A stretch of 64,000 nucleotides of DNA from Chlorokybus atmophyticus (Eukaryota; Plantae; Mesostigma and Chlorokybus algae), in assembly GCA_009103225.1 (NCBI GenBank), contig RHPI01002048.1, positions 1,203,906 to 1,267,905 of the forward strand, given 5' to 3'. Positions 25,550-38,451 of the stretch are shown here, piece after piece. The notes below the pieces were generated by a model. The model saw only the letters and a program-made list of their open reading frames with translations, made no database searches and was not told where the DNA came from. Position numbers and translations under genes: made by a program. Within the stretch, counting starts at the first letter, position 1, and each line of letters opens with the position of its first letter.

Positions 25550-28500
25550 CTGCGTCTAGCGTCATGGAACATTCACGGCTGCATGGGTAGCGTGCAGCTT
25601 TTGGCATGAGCAAACGCGCCATGCTCATGTTGAGAGTACAGTCATGGAGCAGCAGTACCAACTAGGCTCTCTTTCTGCAAGAGACGAAGCTTGGCACTAT
25701 GAAGGAAGACATGATCTTAAGAAAATTCTGAAAAGGGCGTTTTGTTTGGGCACCTGCACAGGGTAGCAAAAGAGGAGTTGCCATCCTCTACCCGACTGCC
25801 TGGGCACCCAACGTCCTCGACTCTGGCGTGGCTTTCCCATCACGTTGCTGTTGGCTACGGTTGAAGTGGGAGGAGGGCACGCTCTTATTGGTCAACGCAT
25901 ATGCGCGCAACGCATCTGGTGAGAGAGAACAATTTTTCTCCACATTGGAGAGACGATTGCCGGAGGCGGATTGGTGCATTGCGGGGGGGGGGGGGGGGGG
26001 GGGGGGGGNNNNNNNNNNNNNNNNNNNNNNNNNNNNNNNNNNNNNNNNNNNNNNNNNNNNNNNNNNNNNNNNNNNNNNNNNNNNNNGGAGGCATCGCTAA
26101 TAACAGTGAAGGGGGGGGGGACTGGAATTGGGTGGAGGATGAGCTCGCAGCATCTGAACGCTTATCGGGCAGGTATGAGTGGGAGGATACCTTTCGCAAC
26201 TGCCACCCCGCCTCTCGTGTATACACGTGGGCGAACAGTAGAGAAGGGGAAGATAGGCACGCAGCACGCCATGACCGCTTCAACTGCTCACAAAGCCTAC
26301 GCACCTCCCTCATGAGCTGAGCGTGCGCACAGGTGAAGTGTTGTCCAATCACAAATTAGTAGCAGCAACTATACGACCGGCCTTGGCGTTGAGGAAGGGA
26401 CCTGGGCTATGGAAGCTAGATCCAGCATTATTGCAGGACGCGCGCTTCTGTACAGATGTTGAAGAACTCTGGTCGCACCACCAAGGCGGCAAGCCTGAAG
26501 GGCAAGCGCTGATCCACTGGTTTGAAGCCGAGCTTAAACACGTCGCACGGCAGCATGAAGAGCGCAGAAGGGAGCTCCGCCACTGCGAAGCCAAGGTTCC
26601 TCGTGCTTTGCTTGAAGATGCGAAAGCATCACTGGTGCACTCTCCTAAGATCCAAGGCTGCAAGCGGATGCACACGCAGTCACGGAGCCGCTGCACACGC
26701 TAGAAGCCAGGCGGGTGGAAGGTGCGTTTACTCGCCACAGCAGCCGTTGGCGGCTAGAAGGCGAGAGGATGCCGAAGCTCTTCTTCTCCATGAGCAAGCA
26801 AGCCAAAGTATCCTTTGTTTTGCACTCAGTGTCCCATTCCGTTGGCCCACACATGCCTCCGCTGTTGGACCCAAAGGCAATTCTTGAATCCACAGCTGCG
26901 TTTTCACAAGCACCTCCTATCTTCTTCGGTGGTGGACGGCAAGGCCAAGCGCGCAGCCCTACAAGAATGCGTGGCGGTCACACCGCTGTTGGTAGACGAG
27001 GCCACATCTTCTGATACCAATCGTGACATCACAAAAAAATGAGCTGCACGCAGGCTTGCGTGCCAAGGCCCCGCACAAGACACCTAGGGAAGACGGACTC
27101 ACCACCTACTTCTGGCATCACATGTGGCCAGCCTTGGAGACGACTATACGGAGTATTGTCTGCAAGTGCTGGCGATGGGGTCCATGGGAGAGTTGCAACG
27201 CAAAGGGTGATTGTCATGCTCCATAGATAAGGGGAGGTGTCTGACTTGCGGAACTGGCGTCCCATCACTCTTTTGCCCACTCACCATAAAATCTTGGCTA
27301 AGGCTCTCTCCTTACGGTTGGCACCCATTCTCCCGGAAGTGCTTGCGGAAGAGCAAACAGGCTTCGTGCAGCACATGTACATACTTGACAATGTCTAGAC
27401 AGCCCTCGACGCTCTCGCACATGCACGCAGCTCTCGTCAACAGGCTGCGCTGCTTCTGCTTGACTTTAAGAAGGCATTCGACAGATTGGATTGGGACTTC
27501 CTTGATGCCATCATGTATAAGCAAGGATTTGGTCCCCGCTTCTGTCGTTGGGTTCGCTGCCTTAACGGGGGAGGGGTTAGTCCGGTTTCAGTCAATGGTC
27601 ACGCTTTAGAACCGTTCTCTCTCCAGCGCAGCGTCCGGCAAGGATGCGCGATGGCACCCTCTTTGTTCATGTCGGCCACAGAGGCGTTGGGAGCTCTCTT
27701 GCGCAACAACCCCGACATCCGTGGCCTGCAGCTACCACCGCAAGCTCAGGGTGACGTGGCCGTGGTGCACGAGATCAAGTACTTTGCATCTGCGGACGAT
27801 ACCTCGGTGCTCCTTCAGCTTACCCCCGAGTGCTTCGCGGCGTTCAAGCAGGTGATTGCAATGTACTGCTTGGCGTCAGACTCGCTTCTAAATCTGCACA
27901 AGAGTGTGGGGATGCTGCTTGGTGACGACCCCCCCTCTTCTCCTGATTGGGGAGTGCGCTGGCTGCAGCCTGGTGACGCCACCACATTGCTGAGGATTCT
28001 CATGGGCGTTACCATCTGCCAGCAGCAACTCTTCAATGGCGTTCTAAAGAAGATGCAGGGGCGCTTGAACCTCTGGTCGAAGCAGTATCTCTCGCTTTTG
28101 GGGCGGGCGCTGGTGGTGATCCAGTCCGTCCTCGCTTGCTTGTGGTATATAGCAGCGGTTGCTATCCCTTCGGCAAAGGACATGAGGGCACTGCGTGCAT
28201 CGTGCACCTCACTCCTATGGCGTTCGTCAAGAGACGGGGCTCCCCCTGCCGTGCATGGGGCGTGTCGGCTGGAAGGTAGCATATCTCCCACGTCACGCCG
28301 GCGGCTTGGGGGTGTTGGACCCCGCCACTCAAATGAAAGCTCTCCATGCCAAGTGGGCAGCTCGGCTGAGCGACCTGGCCTGGGCGCCGTGGAAGGCGTT
28401 GGGATTTGCCCATTTGCAACAGTGGGCAACTGATCCGCGCAACCCTGAGGTGCAGTGGCTCCCTGCAGCTGCCACTCTGCACGCGGAAGGTTTGCCTTTA

Positions 28501-30254
28501 CATGTTAGGGTTCCTCGGCACTGGCGTTTTGTGCTTAAGAGCTGGCAGGAGGTTCGCCCGACCTTCCACAGGGCCGCCACCAACCGTGTTGAGATTGTGC
28601 GGCAGCTGTAACAATTGGGGCCTGACCACTAGGCTATGGTAGCAAAAATCACTACCATGAGTGAGGTCTGTCACAATGTATCCCAATTCGTGACATTCCT
28701 CCCCAATTTAACCCATGAGTCCCTCATAATCCAATGAGGCACTAGCCCACGTCGCGGTTTTCGCGGCCGTACCACAATCGGTCTGCCCGCGGCCTGTTGG
28801 ATCCGGCCCACGAATGGTCCTGACCGACCGAACGGCCATCCTCACCGCGCGACCTGCCATTGCAGAGCGACCGCTCACGCGGCCTTAGGTTGAACTGGCT
28901 CGGCGCGCAGGTCATGATTCCGCGCCCAGCTTAGGGCAAGCCGCCCCAAATGTTTTTGTTTTTGCCTTGGATCTGCCTCAGTCCCCTACGGGAATTGAAC
29001 CTGAGACGTCATGCTCCGATACCAATGTAACAACCACTAGGCCACAAAATGTCACGAATTGGGATAGATTGTGACAGCAGCACATCTTTGACAATGGGCA
29101 CATCAAGGGCCCGCATGGAAAAGTGCTGGGCAGTGGCGAGACATAAGCACTATCTGCAGTGGGCGGCCATCGGCTTCCATAGGGTAGCCAACTTGTGGGA
29201 CGAGCTGCTACGCCGTCCATACACGGCGGAAGAGCTCTTCAGCTAGGTTCCCACACGAACGGCAACCAGGCTAGCCACTATCTGGGCTTCTATGCCGAGC
29301 ACGTGGCTCCCGCTGCTGCAGGCGGGGCCAAGACGCCTGGTGCTAAAAAATGGTGGGCTCCCATCGCTTCAGATGGGACTATCATTGCGGTGGTGTGGAT
29401 CACAGCCATCACCGCCTCCTCGTGCTCAGGAGTTGTCTGTCCGCGAGTCGAACTTTCGACTCGCGGGTTCCGAGGCAATGACCTTGGAGGCGGGAGAAGA
29501 GCAAGCCCACATTCCCGTCTTCGCCCTTATTCGTGTGCGCGTGCTTCCTGCTCCAGCGTGCTGGCGCCACACACCGGAACCCTACACTGCAAGCTGGCTG
29601 CAGCTGCCGATTTCTTCTCGCTTTTAAGGGTGGGTAGTTGCGGGTCGCGCTCCTCTTTCTACTCTTCACCTTAACCCGACCTCAATTGACTAGGGGGCCA
29701 TCGCTCCTCCCGGCACAAAGCTGTGTTCGCTGTGGGACTACTCTGCAAAACTAGGCTATCATGTTCTTAGCCTCCGCTTTTGCTCCAAGCTTGCTGCTCC
29801 GCAGCGTTGGCACTGGCTGCGCCCTGAGCTCCCGTGGGATAAGGTGTGGAAGTCCTTGCACAAGCTTCAGGTTCCAGGAAAGCACCGCTTCTTGTTGTGG
29901 ATGTTGTGTCACCAAGTCTGGTACACCGGAGACAAGCTCCAGTTCCTCGGCGCTAACTCTTCGTGCTTCACATGCTTGAGCTGCGAGGTAGAGACCCCGC
30001 TACACCTGTTTGTCAGGTGCTCGGCAGCTGAAGAGATGTGGTCGGCAGTGGGATCCTTCTTCGCGCAGCTACAGGGCTCGGTAGACCTAGGTCCTCTTTC
30101 GCTAGTGTTTGGCATTGGCCAGGCAGTACGGCCCTCCTTGACCGCTGTCTGGGCGGTGGTGCGCCCTCTTGCTATGTGGTCAATGTGGTGTTACAGATGC
30201 ACCTTGCGGTACGGGGATGCGCGCCTCCTACTGTTTTCCTTCTTCGTACTTTAG
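25550..30254 (+). pseudogene. L1 ORF2: APE endonuclease, reverse transcriptase, zf-RVT-like CCHC region
   Basis: SWNIHG / FLQETK / GVAIL / NAYARN endonuclease motifs; LRNWRPITLL, LLLDFKKAFDRLDW, VRQGCAMAPSLF, SADD RT motifs; CFTCLSCEVETPLHLFVRC. Confidence 0.9.
28607..29076 (-). mobile_element. 470-bp TRIM (miniature non-coding LTR retroelement) inserted in L1 ORF2
   Basis: TSD GCAGC at 28602-28606 and 29077-29081; 5' LTR 29026-29076, PBS TGGTATCGGAGC 29013-29024, PPT GGGGAGGAA 28696-28704, 3' LTR 28607-28695. Confidence 0.88.
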
Positions 30255-30615
30255 TCAACGGCATCATGCAGCTGGCCCGAGAGGAGTGGGGAGCCGTATG
30301 CACCTCCCCCGTGGTTGGTGAGAAGCGCCTAAAAGCTCTTTAACGATTCTCCTCCAGTTGGGGGCGGACCTCTTTGCTTTGCACCGTTGTCTCGCCTGGT
30401 ATGCACTCCCCGCAAGTTGTTTGGCACTTGCTGCAACTATAGCATGTGGTTGCTATGAGTTCTGTACTTTCTTTGGCTGACTGTTTGTACACGCTGTTTT
30501 ATGCATAGCTTTGCACTTGTTAAGCTAGGCAAGCTGCTGGTTAGCTACATACCATGCTGCTTGAACTCTTGTGCTTTTCCTTATTGCAATTATCGGTTTT
30601 CTTTTAAAAGGAAAA

Positions 30616-30811
30616 GAAGTCCAATCGCTTGAGGGCTTTGTCCATGACGCGCTAGAATTTGGCAGGAGCATTCTTCAGACCGAAGGGCATGACTTTCCAC
30701 TAGTATAGCTGCCGGTTGCCCCAGAAAGAGGTCTTGTGATCTGGTTGTACCCTTGGCGCATGTCCAGGATAGTACAGACTGTACGGTCTCCTACATCATA
30801 AAATATACCTT
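30616..30811 (-). pseudogene. pol: RT fragment of Gypsy G lying between the L1 and element C copy 2
   Basis: ILDMRQGYNQI..KVMPFGLKNAPAKF*RVMDKALKRLDF, which continues as ARCYIDD at ~11717. Confidence 0.85.
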
Positions 30812-31208
30812 CACCGGTAGAATTGGGTTTCGATAAGTCTGACCGGATCCCCAACTTTATTACAGATCCAGCACACCTTTGTTACGGATTCGCAAGATCC
30901 CTAATTAATATATGGTTAGATCTCTATATGGGTTGGTGCATGTCACAAACGGCCATTGGCCGATCGCATAATATGTACAAAATCCCTAACAATGTTGAGA
31001 ACCGGGCGTCACAATTGTCAACAAATACGGTCATGACAAAGACCTGTATGGATGTTCATGCAAATGTTGACCACTTCCATGACACCGTTGGGGACACAGT
31101 GGTTACGTCACAATGCATTTATGTTGGAAAATTGGCCGGTACGAATCTTTGTCATGTGCTTAACTGGTTCCGTCAATAATGCATGGATCTAGCCATCAGC
31201 CTGATTAA

Positions 31209-31669
31209 CAGCTAGGCACCGGTAGGTGTTTCTAAATAACTTGTCCGCTTGCGCGTGGCCTGGGGACTCAAACCTGGCTTAGCGGAGTCAAGTATCCATC
31301 CACCCACAACATTGACGGTAGGGCAGGCTGTTGCCATAAACTCCCTTGATCACCTCGTAAATCGCGCCGGTGTATTGATATAGTAGCTGCGTGATCACTA
31401 GTAACGTTGTTAAAGTAGGCCGCGAGCACGCGAATGCTTGAACCGGCAAGATATTAATGATTAGACTGCAAATGATTGAGACTATTGTACTATTGCGGTG
31501 CAACGACCGACGTTATAGCTTTATGATGGCAAGGGACATTATGGCAACAGCCTGCCCTACAGTCTACGTTGTGGGTGGATGGATGCTTTACACCGCTAAG
31601 CTTAGTTTGAGTCCCCAGGCCACCCGCAAGCGGACCAGTTATTTAAACACACCTACCGGTGCCTAGCTG
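31209..31669. mobile_element. Foldback MITE with ~140-bp imperfect terminal inverted repeats, TTAA-flanked
   Basis: 31209-31346 is the reverse complement of ~31530-31669 (cagctaggcaccggtaggtg...); TTAA at 31205-31208 and 31670-31673; absent from C copy 1. Confidence 0.75.
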
Positions 31670-34600
31670 TTAATCTGGGTGTCTATATTGGTTTAAGATG
31701 CATGATTACGTATATATATATATAAAACATATCTTTTATCATATTGTTCTGTATGTATTGATAATTTGACAATGATGACAATGCTACCACATAACGATGT
31801 ATCTTTACAATATATATACATTATCTACATATAATGATAATGTCATACAACTACTAGTATAAATATATATACACATATATATATACACCTGTTAGTATTG
31901 TTTAACGATTGTGGGGTAGGGGTAGCCTAGTGCTGTTGTATGCAGGTGTTGGTACATACATTGCGTACCGGTAATACATGAATGCGATACACCTGGCATG
32001 AATGCATTGCGGCACTTGAGACAATTGAGGCAGCCGCTGTAAAGCATATCATTTTTGCAGACGCGTTGCAGGGTGCCTCGTGTCGTCGTCGTCGTCTAGT
32101 CGGTCAGTCCTTAAGTCGGGGGCTATTACTTGCTAACCTGACAGGTTCGTCCGTGTAGGTTCGAACCTCGGCGATCGAGCAGCGAGCTCCCCTGCGTTGC
32201 GACTTTTTGGTTTCTTGCCGCGAAATGCGGCCATAACATTTCTGGTTAGATCAGGCATTAAGATTAATCCCTTGAAATACATAATCTAACCAAAAATTAG
32301 TGTAGGATGTTGTAAGAAGGGGGGTGCTACCGCCCCCTTTAATCCCCTACCCCAACACCACCACCACAGCAACGTCGCTGCGCCGTGGCTGCCGCCGCTG
32401 GCAGCCAGGGAATCGAAAGATCCACTGGCTATGGCGGTTGCTGCGTTAGCAACATGAGTCTCGAGTCGATATCGGTGTTACATAACATAACACCTTGTGA
32501 GGGCCTAAAAAGGCCCTCATACGACTCTAATGGCTGTGTTTATCCCGTTGGGACCCTTATCTCTCATTAAACAATGGGGGGGGGGGGGGGAACCGNGGGA
32601 ACCGCATAGCGGTAGCACTCCATTACATTCCCCCCCACTTTAGTTTCAATGTCCTTATTAAAGGGTTAGCAAGGCCCCACCGTGAGCACTGAAAACCTGA
32701 GTGAAAAAAGAACCAGGGCCGAAGCGGTAAAGATGTTTGCCAGCACCCTTTTACCGTCCGGGTGCGGACACATCACTCCAGTACGCCCGAAGAATCTCAT
32801 GGCAGTTGGTAAGATTCCTTTCAGGTTCCCACGTGTCGTGTTCAACACCATACCCTTTCCATTTCACCAAGTAAGTCGGCGCGCGTCCGCGTCGGGGCTT
32901 ACGGTGACTCAAGATTGCTTCCACCTCATACTCGATAGTATCAACGCCATCCACTGCGACAGGGGGTGGAGGAGATTGAACCCGACCATCTGAACAATAC
33001 GGTTTCAGTACACTCACATGACACGTTATGTATACGTGTGGATTGTGGTAACTCCAAACGATACGCGTGAGTGCCGACACGATCAACCACTTTGAAGGGG
33101 TCTATCCAGCCAGGGAAAAACTCTCGGGTACTCACTCCCTTAATGGATATGTTTTCAGTGCTCAAAACCACCGAATTGCCCACATCATAGTCAGCCTGCC
33201 TGCGATGCTTATCAGCTTAGGCTTTTTGTCTGTCTTGCGTTGTGCGCAGACAGCTCTTTGCCAACGCTAACCTGTCTTGCATGGCTGCAGCCATCTCGCG
33301 CGCTGCAGGCACGCGAGTCAAGTCGTTAGCCGGCAACTTAATATATGCAAGCCTTTGTGGATGCACTCCGTTATTTTAAGAAAAACGGAGTTTCCTTGCA
33401 CACTCTCTTGCCATGCATTGTTAATTGCGAATCCAGCCATTGGAAGATAAATATCCCAATCAGACTGATTCGGATTCACATAATGCCGAATGGTTTCCTC
33501 TATCACTTGATTGGTGCTTTTAGTCTGACCATCAATCTGCGGATGATAAGCGGTACTCATGTGCTGCTGTATCTGCAGGAAGTTGCATAGCAACTTCCAA
33601 AATTGAGCCATAAACCTCGTGTCACGGTTAGAGACAATGTTGCGAGGCAAGCCATGCAACATGAACACTGACGCGACAAAAACCATCGCTAGATCAAGGA
33701 GCCTATCTCCGTACGGCAAGGAACAATGTGAATCATTTTGGTCAAACGATCCACAAATATTGCAACCGCAGTATGACCCAACGCTGTCTCAGGGAGCTCA
33801 ATGATGAGGTCCATACTCACACTTTCCCACTTACTGTCAGGAACTGGTAACGGCCGCAGTAGCCCAGCGGGCTTTTGACGTAAACGGTTTGTCACGTTGA
33901 CATTTGTCACATGTGTCCACATACCGCTTCACATTAGCAGGCAACGATGGCCACCATTACAACTGTTGCGCTGCCTTAGTAGTCTTGCGACTACAAAATT
34001 GCCCAGCGTAAGGTGGATCGTGTATATCCGCTATGCCTTTTACACGCGGTTCAGCATGGTCAGGTATGACAAAACTGTTGCTCATGTAACACAGATTGTC
34101 ACGTTAGTCAAACTGTGGTAAGTTGTCTGCAATAGAAAACCACGGGTCCAAAGTGTACCCCTATACAACAATTTGCACAAACTTATCATCGGGAGACAAT
34201 GTGGTGCGTATAGCAAGTAATTGCGCGCGCATCACCGCCAGTAATGACGGGCAGCGACTAAAAGGGTCAGCCACATTGGTTCTGCCCGGCCGATACACCC
34301 AATTAAAGGTGAACCTGGACAAAAACTCATTCCAGCGCGCTTGCCGTCTCGACAAATTTTGCTGTGTTGAAAAATACACCAACGGGTTGAGATCAGTCAC
34401 AACAGCGAACTGAACACCCTCTAAGTGACATCTCCATGAACTATACCCAATAGTTCTTGCTCTGTCGTAGTGCAGTTCACCTCTGCAGGAATGAACTTCC
34501 TACTCTCGTAAGCAAAAGGTCTGCCATCTTGCAACAGTACCGCACCACACCCAAGTGTTGATCGTCACTAACCAATGTGAAGTGTTTGTCCCAATCTGGC

Positions 34601-34853
34601 AGTGCTCACACCGGCGCCGATGTTAAAGCCAACTTCACCTTTTGCGTAGCAGCTTCTTGTGCTGTTGTCCAAGTGAACGGGGCATCTTTACGCAACAGTT
34701 TGGTCAAAGGCATGACAATTGTCGAGTACCCCATCATGAACTTGCGAAAGTAGTTTGCCAACCCTAGAAATGACCTTCGTTAATGGACATTCTGAGGTTG
34801 GGGCCACTCTTGCACAACCTGTACTTTGCGAGGGTTAGGCTTGATACTCGCAC

Positions 34854-35203
34854 TGTCAGGAGAGGGGGTGCTCCCTCCTCCCTTCAGTCCCCTACCCCAA
34901 CACCAGCCACGTCGCCCACGCCGCCGCCGCTTGGGGCAATCGCCGAAGCAGAAGATCCCTTGGCTATGGCGGCCGCTGCGTTAGCAGCGCCGCCATGCGG
35001 CTGATATCGATATGAAACTCTGTCTCATGTCGATATCAGTATTACAGATATGTAACACTACATTAGGGCCTTAACATAGGTTAACGGCCCTAATACGGCC
35101 TAATAGGCTGTATCATCCCGTTGGGACCCTTATTTAATAGAGGTTCCCCGCCCATTTTCCTAAAATGGGCGGGGAGCCTCAATGAAGGTAGCACACCGTT
35201 ACA
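34854..35203 (-). repeat. Internal LTR of a sister F copy (F2), inserted in the RT region of F1
   Basis: TG..CA, homologous to but distinct from the flanking LTRs; followed by PPT and a second chromodomain-integrase-RNase H set. Confidence 0.85.
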
Positions 35204-36945
35204 TTGCCCCCCACTTAGGTTTCAATGTCCTCATTAAAGGGTTAGCAAACCCCCCCCACGAGTAAAGGAATGAAAGTAGTAAGAGAATCAGGGCCGAAGC
35301 GGTAAAGATGTTTGCCAGCACCCTTTTACCGTCCGCGTGTGGACACAGTACTCCAGTACCCTCGAAGAATCTCCTGGCAGTTGGTAAGATTCCTTTCGGG
35401 CTCCCATGCATTGTGCTCAACACCATACCCTTTCCATTTCACCAAGGAAGACGGTGCGCGTCCGCGTCGAGGCTTACGATGACTCAGATTGCTTCCACCT
35501 CATACTCGAATGTATCGTCGCCATCCATTGCAACGGGGGGTGGAGGAGGTTGAACCCGATCGTCAGAACGGTACGGTTTCGGTACACTCACATGAAACAC
35601 ATTGTGAATGCGTATCGATTTTAGCAAGTCTAAACGATACGCGAACGATACGTGAGTGCCGACCCGATCATTCACATTGAACGGGCCTATGCAGCGAGGG
35701 AAAAACTTGCGGGTACCCACTCCCTTGATGGATATGTCTTTAGTGCTGAGAAGCACCGAACAGCCCACATCGTAGTTGGCCTCTCTACGATGCGCATCAG
35801 CATGGGCTTTTTATCTGTTTTGCGCTGCGTGTAAATAGTCCTTTGCCAACGCTAACCTATCCTGCATGGCCGAAGCCATCTCGCGTGGTGCAGGTACGTG
35901 AGTTATGTCGGTAGCGGGCAACTTAATGTTTGCAGGACTCAGTGGATGCACTCCATAATTCAAGAAAAATGGAGTTACCTGCACACTCTCTTGCCATGCA
36001 TTGTTAATCGTGAACTCAGCCATTGGGAGATAAACATCCCAATCTGATTGGTTCGAATTCACATAATGCCGGATGGTTTGCTCAATCACTTGATTGGCGC
36101 GCTCTGTCTGACCATCCGTATGTGGATGGTAAGCTGTGCTCGTGTTCTGTTGAATATGTCAGAAGCTGCATAGCGACTTCCAGAACTGAGCTACAAATCG
36201 CGGATTGCGATCAGACACGAAGTTACAAGGCAAGCCATGTAACTCAAACATAGAGGCGACACAAACCATAGCTAACTCACGGGAGCCTATTTCCGTGCGG
36301 CAAGGGACAATGTGAACCATTTTTGTTAAACGCTTCACAAAAACTGCAACCGCAGTGTGCCCTAATGCTGTCTCCGAGAGCTCAGTAGTTGGGTCCATTC
36401 ACACTTTCCCATTTGCCATCAAGAACAGGCATAGGTCGCAGCAACCGAGCGGGTTTCTGACGTAACGACTTTACGCTGACATTTGTCACATGTGTCAACA
36501 TAATGCTTCACGTTAACAGGCAACAATGGCCACCAGTATAACTGTTGCGCTGCCTTAGTAGTCTTGCGACCCCCAAAGTGCCCAGCATACGGTGGATCGT
36601 GTACTTCAGCTATGCATTTTATGCGCAACCCAGCATGATCAGGTATCACCAAGCTGGCGCTCAATAATACAAGTTATCTCTTTTGTCAAGCTTTTGTGCA
36701 TTCTCTTGTATAGAGAACCATGGGTCAAATGCATACCCCTGTAAAACAGCTTGCACAAACTCATCATCGGGAGGCAATGTACCCTGCGTTGCAAGCAACT
36801 GCGCACGCATAACTGCCAACAATGACGGACAGCGACTCAGAGGATCTGCCATGTTGCTTCTGCCCGGCCGGTATACCCATTCAAAGGTAAACCGCGACAG
36901 GAACTTATTCCAGCGAGCTTGCCTACGCGACAAGTTTAGCTGTGT

Positions 36946-38451
36946 TTAGAAGTACACTAACGGGTTGTGATCAGTCACCACTGTGAACTGAACTCCCTCC
37001 AAGTAACATCGCCATGTTTCAAGAGCATGCACTATACCAAGCAATTCCTGCTCAGTGGTAGTGTAGTTCACCTCTGCTGGGATGAATTTCCTACTCTCAT
37101 AAGCACATGGTCGGCCATCCTGTAGCAATACTGCACCACACCCAAGGGTGGAGGCATCGCTAATAACAGTGAAGTGTTTATCCCAATTTAGCAATGCCAA
37201 TACTGGTGCCGAAGTCAAAGCCAGCTTCACTTGTTGCATAGCAGCCTCTTGTGCTGCTGTCCAAGAAAATGGGGCATCCTTTCGCAACAGTTTTATCAAA
37301 GGCACCACAACTGTAGAGTACCCCATCATAAACTTGCGAAAGTAGTTTGCCAACCCCAAGAATGATCGCAACTGATGGAAATCCTTAGGTTGAGGCCAAT
37401 CTTTTACCACTTGCACTTTGCGAGGGTCAGGTTTGACACCCGCACCACTCACAGTATGCCCTAAGAATGGCAACTCTGTTCTGCAAAAGTCACACTTTAA
37501 CAAGTTGGCAAACAAGCGATGTGTACGCAGCAAGGCGAACACCGCTTCCAAGTGCTGCTTATGCTCTTCCTTGGTTTTACTAAAGACAATGATGTCATCC
37601 AAGTAAACCATAACATACTTGCCAAGTATGCCACCAAAAATCTTATTCATTTCCTTTTGAAACACTGCGGGCGCATTAGTCAATCCAAAAGGTAACACTT
37701 TGTACTTATAATGGCCCGAAGGTGTTCGGAATGCTGTCTTATAAACATCAAAAGGATGAATCCGGATTTGATGATACCCACTTGTCAAGTCCATCGTACT
37801 AAAGTACGCATTTCCCGACAGTTTATCAAACACATCATCAATCCGGGGCAACGGGTATCGATTCTTTACCGTGATCTTGTTCAAAGCACGGTAATCCACA
37901 CACATGCGTAGCTTTCCATTCTTTTTCATCACAAACAAGATGGGCGCGCCAAAGGGTGAAGAACTCGGTTCAATCAATCCCTTTTCTAATAACTCTTTGA
38001 TTCGAGTTTCCATTTCCCCCCTCTCTCGGGGGCTCAGCCTATATATAGGCCGAAACGGAGGCTCACTACCAGGAAGTAATGGTATTGTGTGTCCGACACC
38101 TCGATTAGGGGGTAAGCCTGGCAACTCTTTTGTGAATATGTCCTGGTGTTTCTCAATGATGTCTGCAACACCTTCCGTACTGCCTGGCACAAAGTCATCA
38201 GACGATGTTAAGTGCACAAAAAAAGCCGGTGTGTTTTTACGCAACGCACGCTTCACTTGCAGTACAGTGAGAAGCGCGGGGTCAGATTGCTTATGTACCA
38301 AGCTATGGGACCCTCTCACAGACAGCGTCACTCGCCTACAACCCTTGTTAACTGTGCACAATCGTGCACTAGTATCCGATGTCATATTGACACTTTCCTG
38401 CCATTCCTGTCCGAGTACCGCATCAACACCAGTTATGTTGATGGACACCAC
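36946..38451 (-). CDS. pol: Largest intact pol segment of F: protease end, RT, RNase H
   Basis: 501-aa ORF with PFRPIYRLSP, LRMCVDYRALN, YKVLPFGLTNAP, VYLDDII, SDASTLGCGAVL. Confidence 0.92.
   Translation of the reverse strand: MVSINITGVDAVLGQEWQESVNMTSDTSARLCTVNKGCRRVTLSVRGSHSLVHKQSDPALLTVLQVKRALRKNTPAFFVHLTSSDDFVPGSTEGVADIIEKHQDIFTKELPGLPPNRGVGHTIPLLPGSEPPFRPIYRLSPRERGEMETRIKELLEKGLIEPSSSPFGAPILFVMKKNGKLRMCVDYRALNKITVKNRYPLPRIDDVFDKLSGNAYFSTMDLTSGYHQIRIHPFDVYKTAFRTPSGHYKYKVLPFGLTNAPAVFQKEMNKIFGGILGKYVMVYLDDIIVFSKTKEEHKQHLEAVFALLRTHRLFANLLKCDFCRTELPFLGHTVSGAGVKPDPRKVQVVKDWPQPKDFHQLRSFLGLANYFRKFMMGYSTVVVPLIKLLRKDAPFSWTAAQEAAMQQVKLALTSAPVLALLNWDKHFTVISDASTLGCGAVLLQDGRPCAYESRKFIPAEVNYTTTEQELLGIVHALETWRCYLEGVQFTVVTDHNPLVYF

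Larger units (their letters stand above)
11738..30615 (+). mobile_element. L1/Tx1-clade LINE, degenerate and interrupted by nested insertions and two assembly gaps
   Basis: ORF1-like and ORF2 remnants; flanked by a ~20-bp imperfect duplication of the G RT sequence (gaagtcgaatcccttgagag 11718-11737 vs gaagtccaatcgcttgaggg 30616-30635, 17/20); A-rich 3' end at ~30605-30615. Confidence 0.7.

Noticed and set aside
28978-29024. tRNA gene (also 23480-23605, 32085-32180, 44602-44613)
   Set aside because: Only PBS 12-mers or isolated box motifs; no complete cloverleaf
30823-31179. Novel protein in element C, weakly similar in translation to 12977-13500
   Set aside because: The similarity is explained by DNA-level homology of subterminal sequence; the frame is broken in copy 1 and begins at the terminus without a promoter region
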